Positions 39,471 to 48,758 of a DNA stretch of 64,000 nt are shown here, one piece after another (the first letter of the stretch is position 1; every line of letters starts with the position of its first letter). The position numbers and the translations under genes are program-made. Origin of the DNA: a candidate division FCPU426 bacterium (lineage in GTDB: Bacteria > Oederibacteriota > Muellerivitia > Muellerivitales > Muellerivitaceae). The notes beneath the pieces are model-generated. The model searched no databases and was not told the DNA's origin. It worked only from the letters and a program-made list of their open reading frames with translations. The stretch is taken from NCBI GenBank assembly GCA_963796105.1, contig CAWCKJ010000004.1, positions 800,001-864,000 on the forward strand. The letters are read 5' to 3'.

Positions 39471-40391
39471 TCAATCAAAAGAGCCGAATTTACGCCCGGT
39501 GATGCGCTCGTAGGCATCCACATATTTTTCGCGGGTTTTCAGGACGATTTCCTCCGGCAAGACCGGGCCCGGCGGGGTCTTGTTCCAATCCTTCAGGGTT
39601 TCCAAGTAATCCCTCACGAATTGCTTGTCGAAACTCTTTTGGGACACCCCTTCCTTGTAATCCGTCTTGGCCCAGAACCTGGAGGAATCGGGCGTCATCA
39701 CTTCGTCGATCAGGATGAGCTCCCCGTTCCCGAGCAAGCCGAACTCGAATTTGGTGTCGGCGATGATGATGCCCCTGTCGGCCGCCACTTCCCTTCCGCG
39801 CTCATAGAGGGCGATGCTGGTAGCTTTCACCTTTTCAGCCAAAGCTGCGTCCTTCAGAACTTCCTTCATTTTCTCGAAGGAAATATTGAGGTCGTGGCCC
39901 TCCTCCGCCTTCGTGGAGGGGGTGAAGATGGGCTTGGAAATGCGGGAGGATTCCACCAGGCCCTTGGGGAGATCGATGCCGCAGACCTTTCCGGTCTTTT
40001 GGTAATCCTTCAGGCCCGATCCTGTCAGGTAGCCTCTCACGATGCATTCCGCCGCGAGGGGCTTGGCCTTCTTGACGATCATGGAGCGGTTCACCAGCTG
40101 GTCCTTGGCCTTCCGGAACGGCTCGGGAAGGGTGGAGACATCGGTGGAAAGGATATGGTTGGGGATGATCTTTTCCACCTGCTTGAACCAATAGAGGGAG
40201 ATCTGGTTCAAGACCACTCCCTTGTCCGGGATGCCGTTAGGCATGATCACGTCGAAGGCCGAGATGCGGTCGGTGACGACGATAAGCAGTTTGTCGCCCA
40301 GGTCGTAGATGTCGCGGACCTTCCCCCGCTTGGGGGCGGGAACGCCCGGAATGTTGGTTTGAAGCACGACAGGGGATTGGGAGCCGGCCAT
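39471..40391 (-). CDS. purC: SAICAR synthase
   Basis: [51 protein letters not shown]. Confidence 0.97.
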   Translation of the reverse strand: MAGSQSPVVLQTNIPGVPAPKRGKVRDIYDLGDKLLIVVTDRISAFDVIMPNGIPDKGVVLNQISLYWFKQVEKIIPNHILSTDVSTLPEPFRKAKDQLVNRSMIVKKAKPLAAECIVRGYLTGSGLKDYQKTGKVCGIDLPKGLVESSRISKPIFTPSTKAEEGHDLNISFEKMKEVLKDAALAEKVKATSIALYERGREVAADRGIIIADTKFEFGLLGNGELILIDEVMTPDSSRFWAKTDYKEGVSQKSFDKQFVRDYLETLKDWNKTPPGPVLPEEIVLKTREKYVDAYERITGRKFGSFD

Positions 40392-40393
40392 AG

Positions 40394-41362
40394 TCAACTC
40401 TCCTGTGATATGTTTTTTTGAAGCCACTTCACGTATTGCGCCACGCCGTCTTCGATGGAATGGAAGGGATCCTGGTATCCGGCTTTCCGCATCTTGCCCA
40501 TGTCCGCCTGGGTGAAGTACTGGTAGCCGGCCCGGAATTTCTCGGGGGTGTCCACCCACTCGATTTTCTGCTCCAAACCGAGGGACTTGAAGATGGCCTT
40601 GGACAAATCCAGGAAAGTGCGGGCCTGGCCCGTGCCGCAGTTGTAAATGCCGGATGCCGGTTTCTTCTGAAGGCAGAAGAGGCACAGCTTCACGATGTCC
40701 TCCACGAAGACGAAGTCGCGCTTCTGCTCCCCATCCTTGATGCCTTCCTTGTGGGAGCGGAACAGGGTCATCTTTCCTGTTTTCCGGATCTCGCGAAACC
40801 CGTGGAAGATGGAGGAGGCCATCCGGCCCTTGTGGTTCTCGTCAAAGCCGTAAACGTTGAAAAATTTCAGGCCCCACCAATGGGACGGGCTGGATTTCTG
40901 CCCCAGGGCCCATAGGTCGAACTCATGCTTGCTTTGGCCGTATGTGTTCAGGGGCTTGTAGCGGGGGATGTCCTTGTGGTCGTCGGAATAGCCTTCCTCG
41001 CCCTTGCCGTAGGTGGCCCCGCTGGAGGCGTAAAGCAGGGGGATCTTCTTTTCCGAGCACCAATTCCAAAGGGCCTTGGTGTAATCGGTGTTCATCTTCC
41101 ACATGTAGTCATGGTCGTGATTGCCCGTGTCGGTGCAGGCCCCCAGGTGGAGAACCGCCTCCACGCCTTTCAGGGAGGAAAGCCCCTCCAGGAACTTGGA
41201 CCGGTCCATGAAGGGAATCTTCTCCAGGCCTTTGGCGCAGGAACGGGTCGAGAGATAAGCGGGGTGATCCACCAGAACCAGGTCCTTGCGGCCCTGATCC
41301 ATCAGGGCGCGGGCCAGCCTGCTCCCGATAAACCCATAGGCTCCAGTCAATACCAGGCTCAT
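40394..41362 (-). CDS. hldD: ADP-L-glycero-D-manno-heptose 6-epimerase
   Basis: [45 protein letters not shown]. Confidence 0.92.
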   Translation of the reverse strand: MSLVLTGAYGFIGSRLARALMDQGRKDLVLVDHPAYLSTRSCAKGLEKIPFMDRSKFLEGLSSLKGVEAVLHLGACTDTGNHDHDYMWKMNTDYTKALWNWCSEKKIPLLYASSGATYGKGEEGYSDDHKDIPRYKPLNTYGQSKHEFDLWALGQKSSPSHWWGLKFFNVYGFDENHKGRMASSIFHGFREIRKTGKMTLFRSHKEGIKDGEQKRDFVFVEDIVKLCLFCLQKKPASGIYNCGTGQARTFLDLSKAIFKSLGLEQKIEWVDTPEKFRAGYQYFTQADMGKMRKAGYQDPFHSIEDGVAQYVKWLQKNISQES

Positions 41363-41388
41363 TAGAGAAGAATTCCTTTCAGGAACAA

Positions 41389-41652
41389 TTACTTCGCGGC
41401 TTTGGTGTCAAACTCGACATCTTTGTTCTGGATGGTCCCGACAGAGGTGTTATCCGAGCCAGCCGAGCTTTTATCTTTAGACGAATTTTTTTTGCCTTTG
41501 GACTTTTTCCCGCTTTTTTTCTTGGATTTTTTTCCCTTGTGGCTTGCCTTGGATGTCGAATGGCCCGAGGAACCCTTGGCCATGACTTGAACAGGCGATA
41601 CCCATAATCCGGCTAAAGCCAAAACCAGTAAACCCAGCAGAAATTTCCGCAT
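41389..41652 (-). CDS. Small secreted Lys/Ser-rich protein
   Basis: AAGGAGG RBS, signal peptide, basic low-complexity body. Confidence 0.65.
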   Translation of the reverse strand: MRKFLLGLLVLALAGLWVSPVQVMAKGSSGHSTSKASHKGKKSKKKSGKKSKGKKNSSKDKSSAGSDNTSVGTIQNKDVEFDTKAAK

Positions 41653-41744
41653 AGTACGCCTCCTTATATTGGTTTTGAAAGAATGCTCATTATACGTTAC
41701 CCGGAAATCCGGGGAGCGAAAAAGAAACACCGAAAAACATCATC

Positions 41745-42025
41745 TCACCACAGGTTCCTTCGGAACCACAGAAGCACAGTTAAGTTTCAAAAATCTTAAT
41801 GTCTCATTAACCGTTTTTTTATCATTAATGCTTATTTTTTTATTAAAAAAGCCCACCACCGATTGTAAGGGTGAATGATTTTTGGGAGGCACTAACAAAA
41901 GTATAAATCTATCGCACCCTAGCGCTTGGTTGAGATTCAGAACTACAAAAACACATTTAAAAAAAACTAAAATCTAAGAAGTTTTAAACTGTGTCCCTGT
42001 GCTGTGCGGAGCACAGCTGTGGTGA
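41745..42025. repeat. Inverted pair of REP-like hairpins flanking an AT-rich spacer
   Basis: tcaccacag...cacagaagcacagtt (41745-41781) and aactgtgtccctgtg...ctgtggtga (41987-42025). Confidence 0.65.
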
Positions 42026-42055
42026 ATGACTTTTTGTTATAAGTTCAAAAGCTTT

Positions 42056-42952
42056 TTATTGCTTCTTATCCATATCCAATTTCGACTTCGCGTTGTCCGC
42101 AGGGGGATTAATATCATCCGGAAGGGGAGGCAAGGAAGCGGCTGGCGTGGTTCCGGAGGCTGAAGAGGCCGGGAGCGGCGGCGCCGCGGCAGGGGCCGTT
42201 GAGGACGCGGGAGGCGCGGAAGCGGCAGGTGCCGCTTGAGGGGCGCTCGCGGAGGCTGGAGCCCTGGCGAAGGCATAGGGTCTCAGGGAAAGGAAATACC
42301 ACTTCCCGCCCCGGTTCGCCAGGGCCGAGTAAACATGGATCGGATTGTCAGGCACGTCGGAGCCATCCGCGTTTTTCATGCCGGCGATATCGCCGGAGGC
42401 GTCCACCAGGGCGAATCCCCCCAGGACGAAACGATACTTAAAGTCCGTGAAAGACAGGGTGCTTCCCTTCAAGAGCTGTAGGTCGGTGGCTAGCAATTGC
42501 TCGATCTCCTCCCGGTCTCCGGCCGGCTGGCCGAACAGGTTGAGGTAGGTCCCGTCAATGACCCAATGGGAAGCCACCTTCTTGGCATCGCCGGAAGCCC
42601 AGGCCTCAGAGAATGCATTGAAAAGTTTCTGGATACCAGCCACGTCGCCCTTGGCGGTTGGAGAAGAGGCGGCTCTTTTTCTCACAGATTTTTTAGGTTT
42701 GGCCTCAACGGTATTGGGTTGCGCCTCTTCGGCCGTATCCTTTACTTCTTCTTTCGCCGCGGGGGCATCGCTTGCCGCCTTAGTATCGGGTGTGGATGTC
42801 GGCACCGTGAGGTAGTTTTCCGAAGCGGAGGAACTAGCCGCTGGCGCGTTCGTTGAGTTTTCATCCGTGGGCACTCCCCCTTGGTCCTGTGCCAAGACCG
42901 GGAAAGCCAGGAGCAGGAAAGCCCCGGCATTAATCAGTAATTTCTTGATCAT
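42056..42952 (-). CDS. Secreted protein with an NTF2/SnoaL-like (SgcJ/DUF4440) domain
   Basis: Signal peptide; IQKLFNAFSEAWASGDAKKVASHWVIDG; low-complexity flanks. Confidence 0.75.
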   Translation of the reverse strand: MIKKLLINAGAFLLLAFPVLAQDQGGVPTDENSTNAPAASSSASENYLTVPTSTPDTKAASDAPAAKEEVKDTAEEAQPNTVEAKPKKSVRKRAASSPTAKGDVAGIQKLFNAFSEAWASGDAKKVASHWVIDGTYLNLFGQPAGDREEIEQLLATDLQLLKGSTLSFTDFKYRFVLGGFALVDASGDIAGMKNADGSDVPDNPIHVYSALANRGGKWYFLSLRPYAFARAPASASAPQAAPAASAPPASSTAPAAAPPLPASSASGTTPAASLPPLPDDINPPADNAKSKLDMDKKQ

Positions 42953-43248
42953 CGCTTTCTCCTTTTAATCCGTTAAGACCAGAAACTCATGTTTTTTGAA
43001 TGGCTTCATTGGAGCCGGTATTATCTACTCGCGTCATATAGGCGTCAATATTCCAACATCCAACTAACCAAAGACCTTTGGCTGTGCGTTATACCGGCTA
43101 GAATAGCCCCAGACTTGCCCAGGGGCTTAGCCGTGTACTTGGGCGGGAAGCCATATTCCGCCCAAGTGGCGACCAAAGCCCTGCCATACGCTGCGGTGCG
43201 GAGGGCTGTCCCTTGACTCAGGAAAATATTCACGTTACAAGAGGCCTT

Positions 43249-45147
43249 ATGAAAAAACTCCTTTTAACCCTCCTAGTCTTGATCGCCACAGGGCTGAATT
43301 TTCTGTCGGCGCAAACGTCGAGCTTCTATACCGTGCAGTGGAAAGACGGCAAAGCCTGGTTCCAATCGCCCGAGGAAAAGCAAATGCTTTCAATGGGTGT
43401 CAACGCCATCGGGGATCAGTCCTACAGAGCACCCAACCAAAACTACTATAACCCAGTGAAAAACCAGTACGAAGGCGACAAGCAAGCCTGGGTAAAAAAC
43501 GTCTTCTCGCGCTTGAAAAAATGGCGTTTCAACACCATCGGTTGCTGGTCGGATGAGGACCTGCTGGCCAAAAAGTTCCCCTATACCTACATGCTTTACA
43601 TCGACCGGGGAAACCCCTGGGAAAAGGTCTTGGTCTCTGTATTCACCGACGACTTCAAGAAGCTGGTCCAGGAAAACGCCCAGAAGGCCGCGCGCTACAG
43701 GGACGACCCCTATTTGGTCGGCTATTTCCTCGACAATGAGCTTCCCTGGTGGGGCGAGTACGGCTGGAAACAAGAAGGGCAGGAAACCCTTCTGGAAAAG
43801 TACGGCGTCATCGAAATCGAGAATGAAAATAAAATCGCCCTGAAGAAATTCTTCGAGAAGAGATACAACTCCGACATCGACCGCTTCGACAAGGTTTGGG
43901 ACCTGGACTTGAGGTCCTTTGACGACCTGGAAGGGCCCGTGACCTTCCAGGTGAAAACCAAGGTCCAGAAGGCGGACGCGGAAGCCTGGGCCGGGGCCGT
44001 CGCGGAGCGCTTTTTCCAGGTGACCACCCAGGCCTTAAGGGAAGTGGACCCCAACCACCTGATCCTGGGCGCCCGTTTCGCGGGGGGAACCCCCTGGGAA
44101 GTGGTGGAGGCCTGCGGAAGATATTGCGACGTGGTTTCGGTGAACCATTACGCCAAGTCAGGGGACATCGATAAGACGCTGTTGGACAATTTCTACTACA
44201 AGGCCCAAAAGCCCATCCTCATCACGGAATACTCCTTCAGCTCCCTGGAAAACCAAAGCGGCGATCCCAACAAGCACGGGGCGGACGTTACGGTATCCAC
44301 CCAAAAAGAACGGGCGGAACATTTCACGCGCTACGCCACCCAGGCATTGGGACTTCCCTATCTCGTGGGGCTCCACTGGTACGAATGGGCGGACGAGTCT
44401 CCCGAGGGGCGGTTCGACGGGGAGGATCAAAACTACGGCCTTGTGGACATCCACGGCAAGGATTACGCGCTTATCACCCAGGCCCACACCAAGATCAACC
44501 AGGAAGCCGTCTCCCTCCACGATAAATCCGCGGTTCCCCTTCCCCAGGAATTCGTGGCACCCGCTGAGGCCCGTTACCAGACTGCCAAGGCCGGCGTGAA
44601 GGTGGCCGATACCCGGCATTACTTGAAGATGGATTCCACGGTCCAAACCTATCCTTGGGGTGACACTGCCACCGGGGGGAAAATGACGCCCGTCGTGGCC
44701 GATGAGGTCCTGAACTTGAACTTTGAGACAGGCTCAGGCTGGGGCTGCGGGGCTTCCTTCCCTTCCAATATCGGCCCCTTCGTGGCGTCTGGAGTGGTGG
44801 ACCTGAGGGGCTACAACTATTTCCAATTCAGGGCTTTTGTCCCCAAAGGCCTCAAATTCACCATCTTCATGTCGGAATCAGGCAACGGAGATCCCTCGGG
44901 CACAAGTTTTCCCGGCGTGAATGGCGCGGATGGGGAATCCTACTCTTTCCCGGAATTCACCGGCTCGGGGAAATGGGAAACCTACCGTGTGGATCTCGTC
45001 AATTTGGAGCGCCGCCTTTACTGGGGCAACCAGCACGGGAACAACATCTTGGACCTCCAAGCCCTGGCCGACGTGGAGTTCTCCCTGCCAGGCAACCAGG
45101 GCGCAGGGAAGATGCTGGTGAGCGATTTGGAATTCAAGGTTAAATAA
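43249..45147 (+). CDS. Secreted clan GH-A glycoside hydrolase (GH50/agarase-like) with a C-terminal CBM-like domain
   Basis: FNTIGCWS, GYFLDNELPW, DPNHLILGARF, LITEYSF, NYGLVD. Confidence 0.8.
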   Translation: MKKLLLTLLVLIATGLNFLSAQTSSFYTVQWKDGKAWFQSPEEKQMLSMGVNAIGDQSYRAPNQNYYNPVKNQYEGDKQAWVKNVFSRLKKWRFNTIGCWSDEDLLAKKFPYTYMLYIDRGNPWEKVLVSVFTDDFKKLVQENAQKAARYRDDPYLVGYFLDNELPWWGEYGWKQEGQETLLEKYGVIEIENENKIALKKFFEKRYNSDIDRFDKVWDLDLRSFDDLEGPVTFQVKTKVQKADAEAWAGAVAERFFQVTTQALREVDPNHLILGARFAGGTPWEVVEACGRYCDVVSVNHYAKSGDIDKTLLDNFYYKAQKPILITEYSFSSLENQSGDPNKHGADVTVSTQKERAEHFTRYATQALGLPYLVGLHWYEWADESPEGRFDGEDQNYGLVDIHGKDYALITQAHTKINQEAVSLHDKSAVPLPQEFVAPAEARYQTAKAGVKVADTRHYLKMDSTVQTYPWGDTATGGKMTPVVADEVLNLNFETGSGWGCGASFPSNIGPFVASGVVDLRGYNYFQFRAFVPKGLKFTIFMSESGNGDPSGTSFPGVNGADGESYSFPEFTGSGKWETYRVDLVNLERRLYWGNQHGNNILDLQALADVEFSLPGNQGAGKMLVSDLEFKVK

Positions 45148-45272
45148 TATTTTTTATCGGCGATTGCTGGCCAAACCTTGATGGTTTTAAGAGCTCTTTA
45201 AAACCTTATCGGAATTACACATCCTCCCTGCAACTGTTGGGAAAAGCTTGAACATGAGGGCTTTTTCCGGCA

Positions 45273-45307
45273 TGGACAGATTTAAACTGATAGTTTAAAA
45301 TTGTCCA
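45273..45307 (+). promoter_or_regulatory. Promoter embedded in an inverted repeat; probably a leaderless transcript
   Basis: TGGACA-17 nt-TAAAAT-6 nt-ATG. tggacagatttaaact/agtttaaaattgtcca inverted repeat (14/16). No SD sequence. Confidence 0.6.
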
Positions 45308-46477
45308 ATGACCTTTTATCCCCGGCTTCTTGAAAAACGCCTGCTCCCAGCTTCACGCGGCTTCGCCGCCGTTCTCCTCACCGGCCCCCGTCGAAGCGGG
45401 AAAACCACCCTGTTGAGGCATCTGTTTCCCAAAGCGGATTACCGCCTATTGGAGGACCCGGACATATTGGGCCAGGTGCGGCGCGACCCCCGTGGATTCC
45501 TGGACAGCTTAAGGCTTCCGGCTTTGCTGGATGAAATTCAGAATGTTCCGGAACTTTTTTCCTATATTCGCTCACGAATTGACTCCCGGCCGGGGGACAA
45601 GGGGCGGTGGCTGCTAACCGGTTCACAGGAAACCACCCTCATGAGGGGGGTGAGCGAGTCCATGGCGGGACGGGTGGCCGTTTTCGATCTGCTCCCTTTC
45701 TCAACGCAGGAGCGCCCGGGAGTCGATGAATTCAGCGGCGGTTTCCCTGAAGTGCTGGCCAGGCCAAAATTGGCCGAGGACTGGTACCGATCCTATTTGC
45801 GCACCTACTTGGAAAGGGATGTCCGGACGGTAGCGGCCGTAAGGGATTTGGCGCTTTTCCGCCAATTCCTGGCGCTGTTGGCTTCCCGCTCCGCGAAGAC
45901 CCTTCACCTGACGGAAATGGCTGGCCCCCTGGGCTTGTCGGTTCCGGCCGTTAAGCAATGGCTGGGAATCCTGGAAGTCACGGGTCAAGTGATCCTAGTG
46001 CCGCCTTATTTCGAGAATTTTGGAAAGCGGCTCGTCAAGGCGCCAAAGGTTTATTTCTCCGATAGCGGAATGCTCTGTCACTTATTGGGCCTGCGCAGCC
46101 GGGTTGAACTGGAGCGCTCGCCATTCTTGGGTCCGGTTTTCGAGGGTTTCGTGGCGAGTGAGATCGCCAAAGCCCAGCAGCACCACGGCCAGCGTCGGGA
46201 GCTTTATTTTTTCCGCGACAAATCCGGCCTCGAGGTGGACTTCGTGGTCCCCCTAGCCGGAGGCCGCTTGGCCTTGATGGAAGCCAAAGCCACCCGAAGT
46301 CCGGGTCTTCGCGGGGCCGAGGCCCTTCCTAAAGTGATGAACTTGTTCAAGTCCAAGGATTGCCGGGGCTGGCTAATCCACCGGGGGCCCAATTTGAAAG
46401 TTTACTCGGGGCTTGGCCCAAACATATTGGCGGTTCCAATCCAGGAAATGGCGGGAAAGATCCTGGGTCTAAAATAA
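45308..46477 (+). CDS. AAA_14 ATPase with a DUF4143 domain
   Basis: GPRRSGKT, LLDEIQ, LTGS, YLERDV, KAPKVYFSDSG, EVDFV...MEAK. Confidence 0.92.
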   Translation: MTFYPRLLEKRLLPASRGFAAVLLTGPRRSGKTTLLRHLFPKADYRLLEDPDILGQVRRDPRGFLDSLRLPALLDEIQNVPELFSYIRSRIDSRPGDKGRWLLTGSQETTLMRGVSESMAGRVAVFDLLPFSTQERPGVDEFSGGFPEVLARPKLAEDWYRSYLRTYLERDVRTVAAVRDLALFRQFLALLASRSAKTLHLTEMAGPLGLSVPAVKQWLGILEVTGQVILVPPYFENFGKRLVKAPKVYFSDSGMLCHLLGLRSRVELERSPFLGPVFEGFVASEIAKAQQHHGQRRELYFFRDKSGLEVDFVVPLAGGRLALMEAKATRSPGLRGAEALPKVMNLFKSKDCRGWLIHRGPNLKVYSGLGPNILAVPIQEMAGKILGLK

Positions 46478-46489
46478 AGGCGATTTTTA

Positions 46490-46563
46490 TGGAGTTCTCC
46501 CTGCCCGGCAACCAGGGCGCGGGAAAGATGCTGGTGAGCGATTTGGAGTTTAAAGTTAAATAA
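46490..46563 (+). repeat. Duplicated 3' end of the glycoside hydrolase gene (copy of 45074-45147)
   Basis: 68/74 nt identical; same peptide EFSLPGNQGAGKMLVSDLEFKVK*. Confidence 0.95.
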
Positions 46564-46624
46564 GGAATATTTTACCGGCGATTTATCGGCGGATTGCGTC
46601 CAACTCAGGGAGGTTTTAAAGTTA

Positions 46625-47470
46625 ATGAAAATCGTAAATGTTGCTCTATTGTTCATTTTGATATTTTTTCAATCCTTACCTATTTATGCCGAGTCTTCGG
46701 AACAAATTGTTGCAAAGATAAATAGAAAATGGGTTGAAAAACACAATGCAAAGATTCCTATTGAAGTTCAGAAATTAGAAAAAGTTTACGCAGGATGGCC
46801 AAATGATTTAGAGAAAAAGTACAAAGGTACCGATGTTTTGTTTTCAGATGAAAAAGCAAAATTTTTAGGAAATACTATTGAAATGAAAGATTGGCCGAAA
46901 TATCACATTCCTTTAAACAATATGACTTCTCTGTATCAGTTAAAGATGAATGAAAAATTATTTCTTGTTGCGGCATATGCGAAAACTCCGAAAAATGATA
47001 GTTCTTATTCTGATATATATTTAAAAGTGGATAAAGTTTATAAAAAACAATTTCATTCCTTTGACTCTTCCCCCATTTTTGTAAAGCTCGGAGAGAAAAA
47101 AACGCCTTTTATTTCCATCCAGGAAGCCTCAGCGAATGGGTGGAGCCAGATAATCTATAACCCCTCAAAAAAATCAACCCTCAGCGGGGCATCCCCGGAA
47201 AATAACTTCGAACGGGTATTTGGGACGTGGTTATGGCATGGGGGGTATGCCCTTTATAAAGACCTTTTCCATGATGGGTATTTTGAACTCGTTTGTATTA
47301 CTGAGATTAAAATGCCGTACGAAGTAGTGACTCGAATAAGTAAGAAATTGCATATTAGTACCGCCGAGGTGGAAGGCGTTTATCCAGGGCCTTGGGGTGG
47401 TAAGGTTTCAATTTACAAATGGAATGGTTTTGCATTTAAGAATTTGGGTGATTTTTTATCCCCCTATTAA
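46625..47470 (+). CDS. AT-rich hypothetical secreted protein
   Basis: GGAGG RBS, signal peptide (IYA-E), 281-aa open frame in low-GC DNA. Confidence 0.7.
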   Translation: MKIVNVALLFILIFFQSLPIYAESSEQIVAKINRKWVEKHNAKIPIEVQKLEKVYAGWPNDLEKKYKGTDVLFSDEKAKFLGNTIEMKDWPKYHIPLNNMTSLYQLKMNEKLFLVAAYAKTPKNDSSYSDIYLKVDKVYKKQFHSFDSSPIFVKLGEKKTPFISIQEASANGWSQIIYNPSKKSTLSGASPENNFERVFGTWLWHGGYALYKDLFHDGYFELVCITEIKMPYEVVTRISKKLHISTAEVEGVYPGPWGGKVSIYKWNGFAFKNLGDFLSPY

Positions 47471-47550
47471 ATGAAATTTAACAGAATACGAAAATCGTTA
47501 GTCATGAGGATGTATTGAGATAAGGCGTTTTTAGTAAAGGATGTGTTTAC

Positions 47551-48012
47551 ATGATATTAATCGGGTTACCTATATTATTATCAATCATCCTAACTTTATT
47601 TGTGGCTTGGGTTTTGTACTTTTTTTCGAAGAAATTTAGTTTCAAAATCACTTTCTTATTTTCTTTTGCGATTTCATATTTAATTGTTTCATTGGCATTT
47701 CTTTACTTTCAATATCAACAACCCGCCTCCGAACTTTTCGGAATTCCTATAATGGCTGGTCTTGAATTACTTTCACTCCCTTTAGGAATTATTCCCGCAT
47801 ATTTAAGAAGTAATTTTTTTGTTGCTTGTCATCAATCGGAAGTAACTACGATTTGCGGTATTTTTCAATGGTTGATCTTAAGTTTTATTCAACAAAAAAT
47901 AGGTAAAAACAAAATATTTAAGATAATTCTTTTAATATTAATAAGCCTTTTGCTATTGACCGTATTACTTTCTCTTGTTTTCGTGTCCATATGGGGAAAA
48001 TACTTAGAATAG
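47551..48012 (+). CDS. AT-rich hypothetical membrane protein
   Basis: 4-5 TM helices, 153 aa. Confidence 0.6.
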   Translation: MILIGLPILLSIILTLFVAWVLYFFSKKFSFKITFLFSFAISYLIVSLAFLYFQYQQPASELFGIPIMAGLELLSLPLGIIPAYLRSNFFVACHQSEVTTICGIFQWLILSFIQQKIGKNKIFKIILLILISLLLLTVLLSLVFVSIWGKYLE

Positions 48013-48434
48013 GATTTATGCACTCAATACCACGTAATGATTAGTTCTAAGAACGTAAGGTTTGGGGTGCCGATTCGCACTAATTACGAATTACCTCAAA
48101 AAAACGGACCACTACCCCACGCTGTGGTGCGCGGGGCTCGAACATTGTCATGTATGGGGAGCCATTTCCTCTGACCTTAGATTTATCCCAACGATCTGTT
48201 TAAGCCTTACTGCATGAAACATTCCCCAAAAAGGACAAACTACCTGGCAAGAAGTTACGTCACGTAACTTTCATTGGCAGCTTCGCTCGTCGGCCTTCCC
48301 ATGGGTGTCATTGGCGTCATTTCCTGGCGATATGTGAGCTAAACCGCCCACATCACTGCTGGCATCCGTCGGCGGGAGGGATAACCCGCACACATTCCCA
48401 GTGTCATTTGCCGACAGGAAGAGATAACCCGCCC

Positions 48435-48580
48435 ATATTTCCGTCGGTAACCTGGGATAACCTGGTGACACCAGCCGGCATTTCCGTCGGCAACCCAGGA
48501 TAACCTGGTGACACCTACTGGCATTTCCGTCGGCAACCTAGGATAACCTGGTGTCAGCTACCGGCATTTCCGTCGGCAAC
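48435..48580. repeat. 43-bp tandem repeat array, left part (continues at 51282-51316 after the IS)
   Basis: Unit gcatttccgtcggcaaccyaggataacctggtgacacctaccg starts at 48435, 48478, 48521 and 48564; more degenerate units upstream to about 48330. Confidence 0.9.
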
Positions 48581-48758
48581 TTCATAATCCAACGAAAGCG
48601 CGCATTCCCTCCAATTAAATCCGCGCACTAAATCCAATCCAAAGCGCGCATTTAGAAGGTGTTCGACGCGGGGTTATTCTGGTTTTAAATTCCTTTGACT
48701 GATTTATTAATTTCCGATGCTACACGGCCAAGAACCAATTCTGAAAGAAGAAAATGGT

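Noticed and set aside
45074..46563. Duplicated gene tail as a DGR template/variable repeat pair
   Set aside because: Mismatches are all synonymous and not confined to adenines of one copy; there is no reverse transcriptase in the window.
48252..48270. Palindrome as parS
   Set aside because: Does not match TGTTTCACGTGAAACA; kept only as an unassigned palindrome.
48435..48580. 43-bp repeats as a CRISPR array
   Set aside because: Units are contiguous and near-identical, with no unique spacers and no cas operon.
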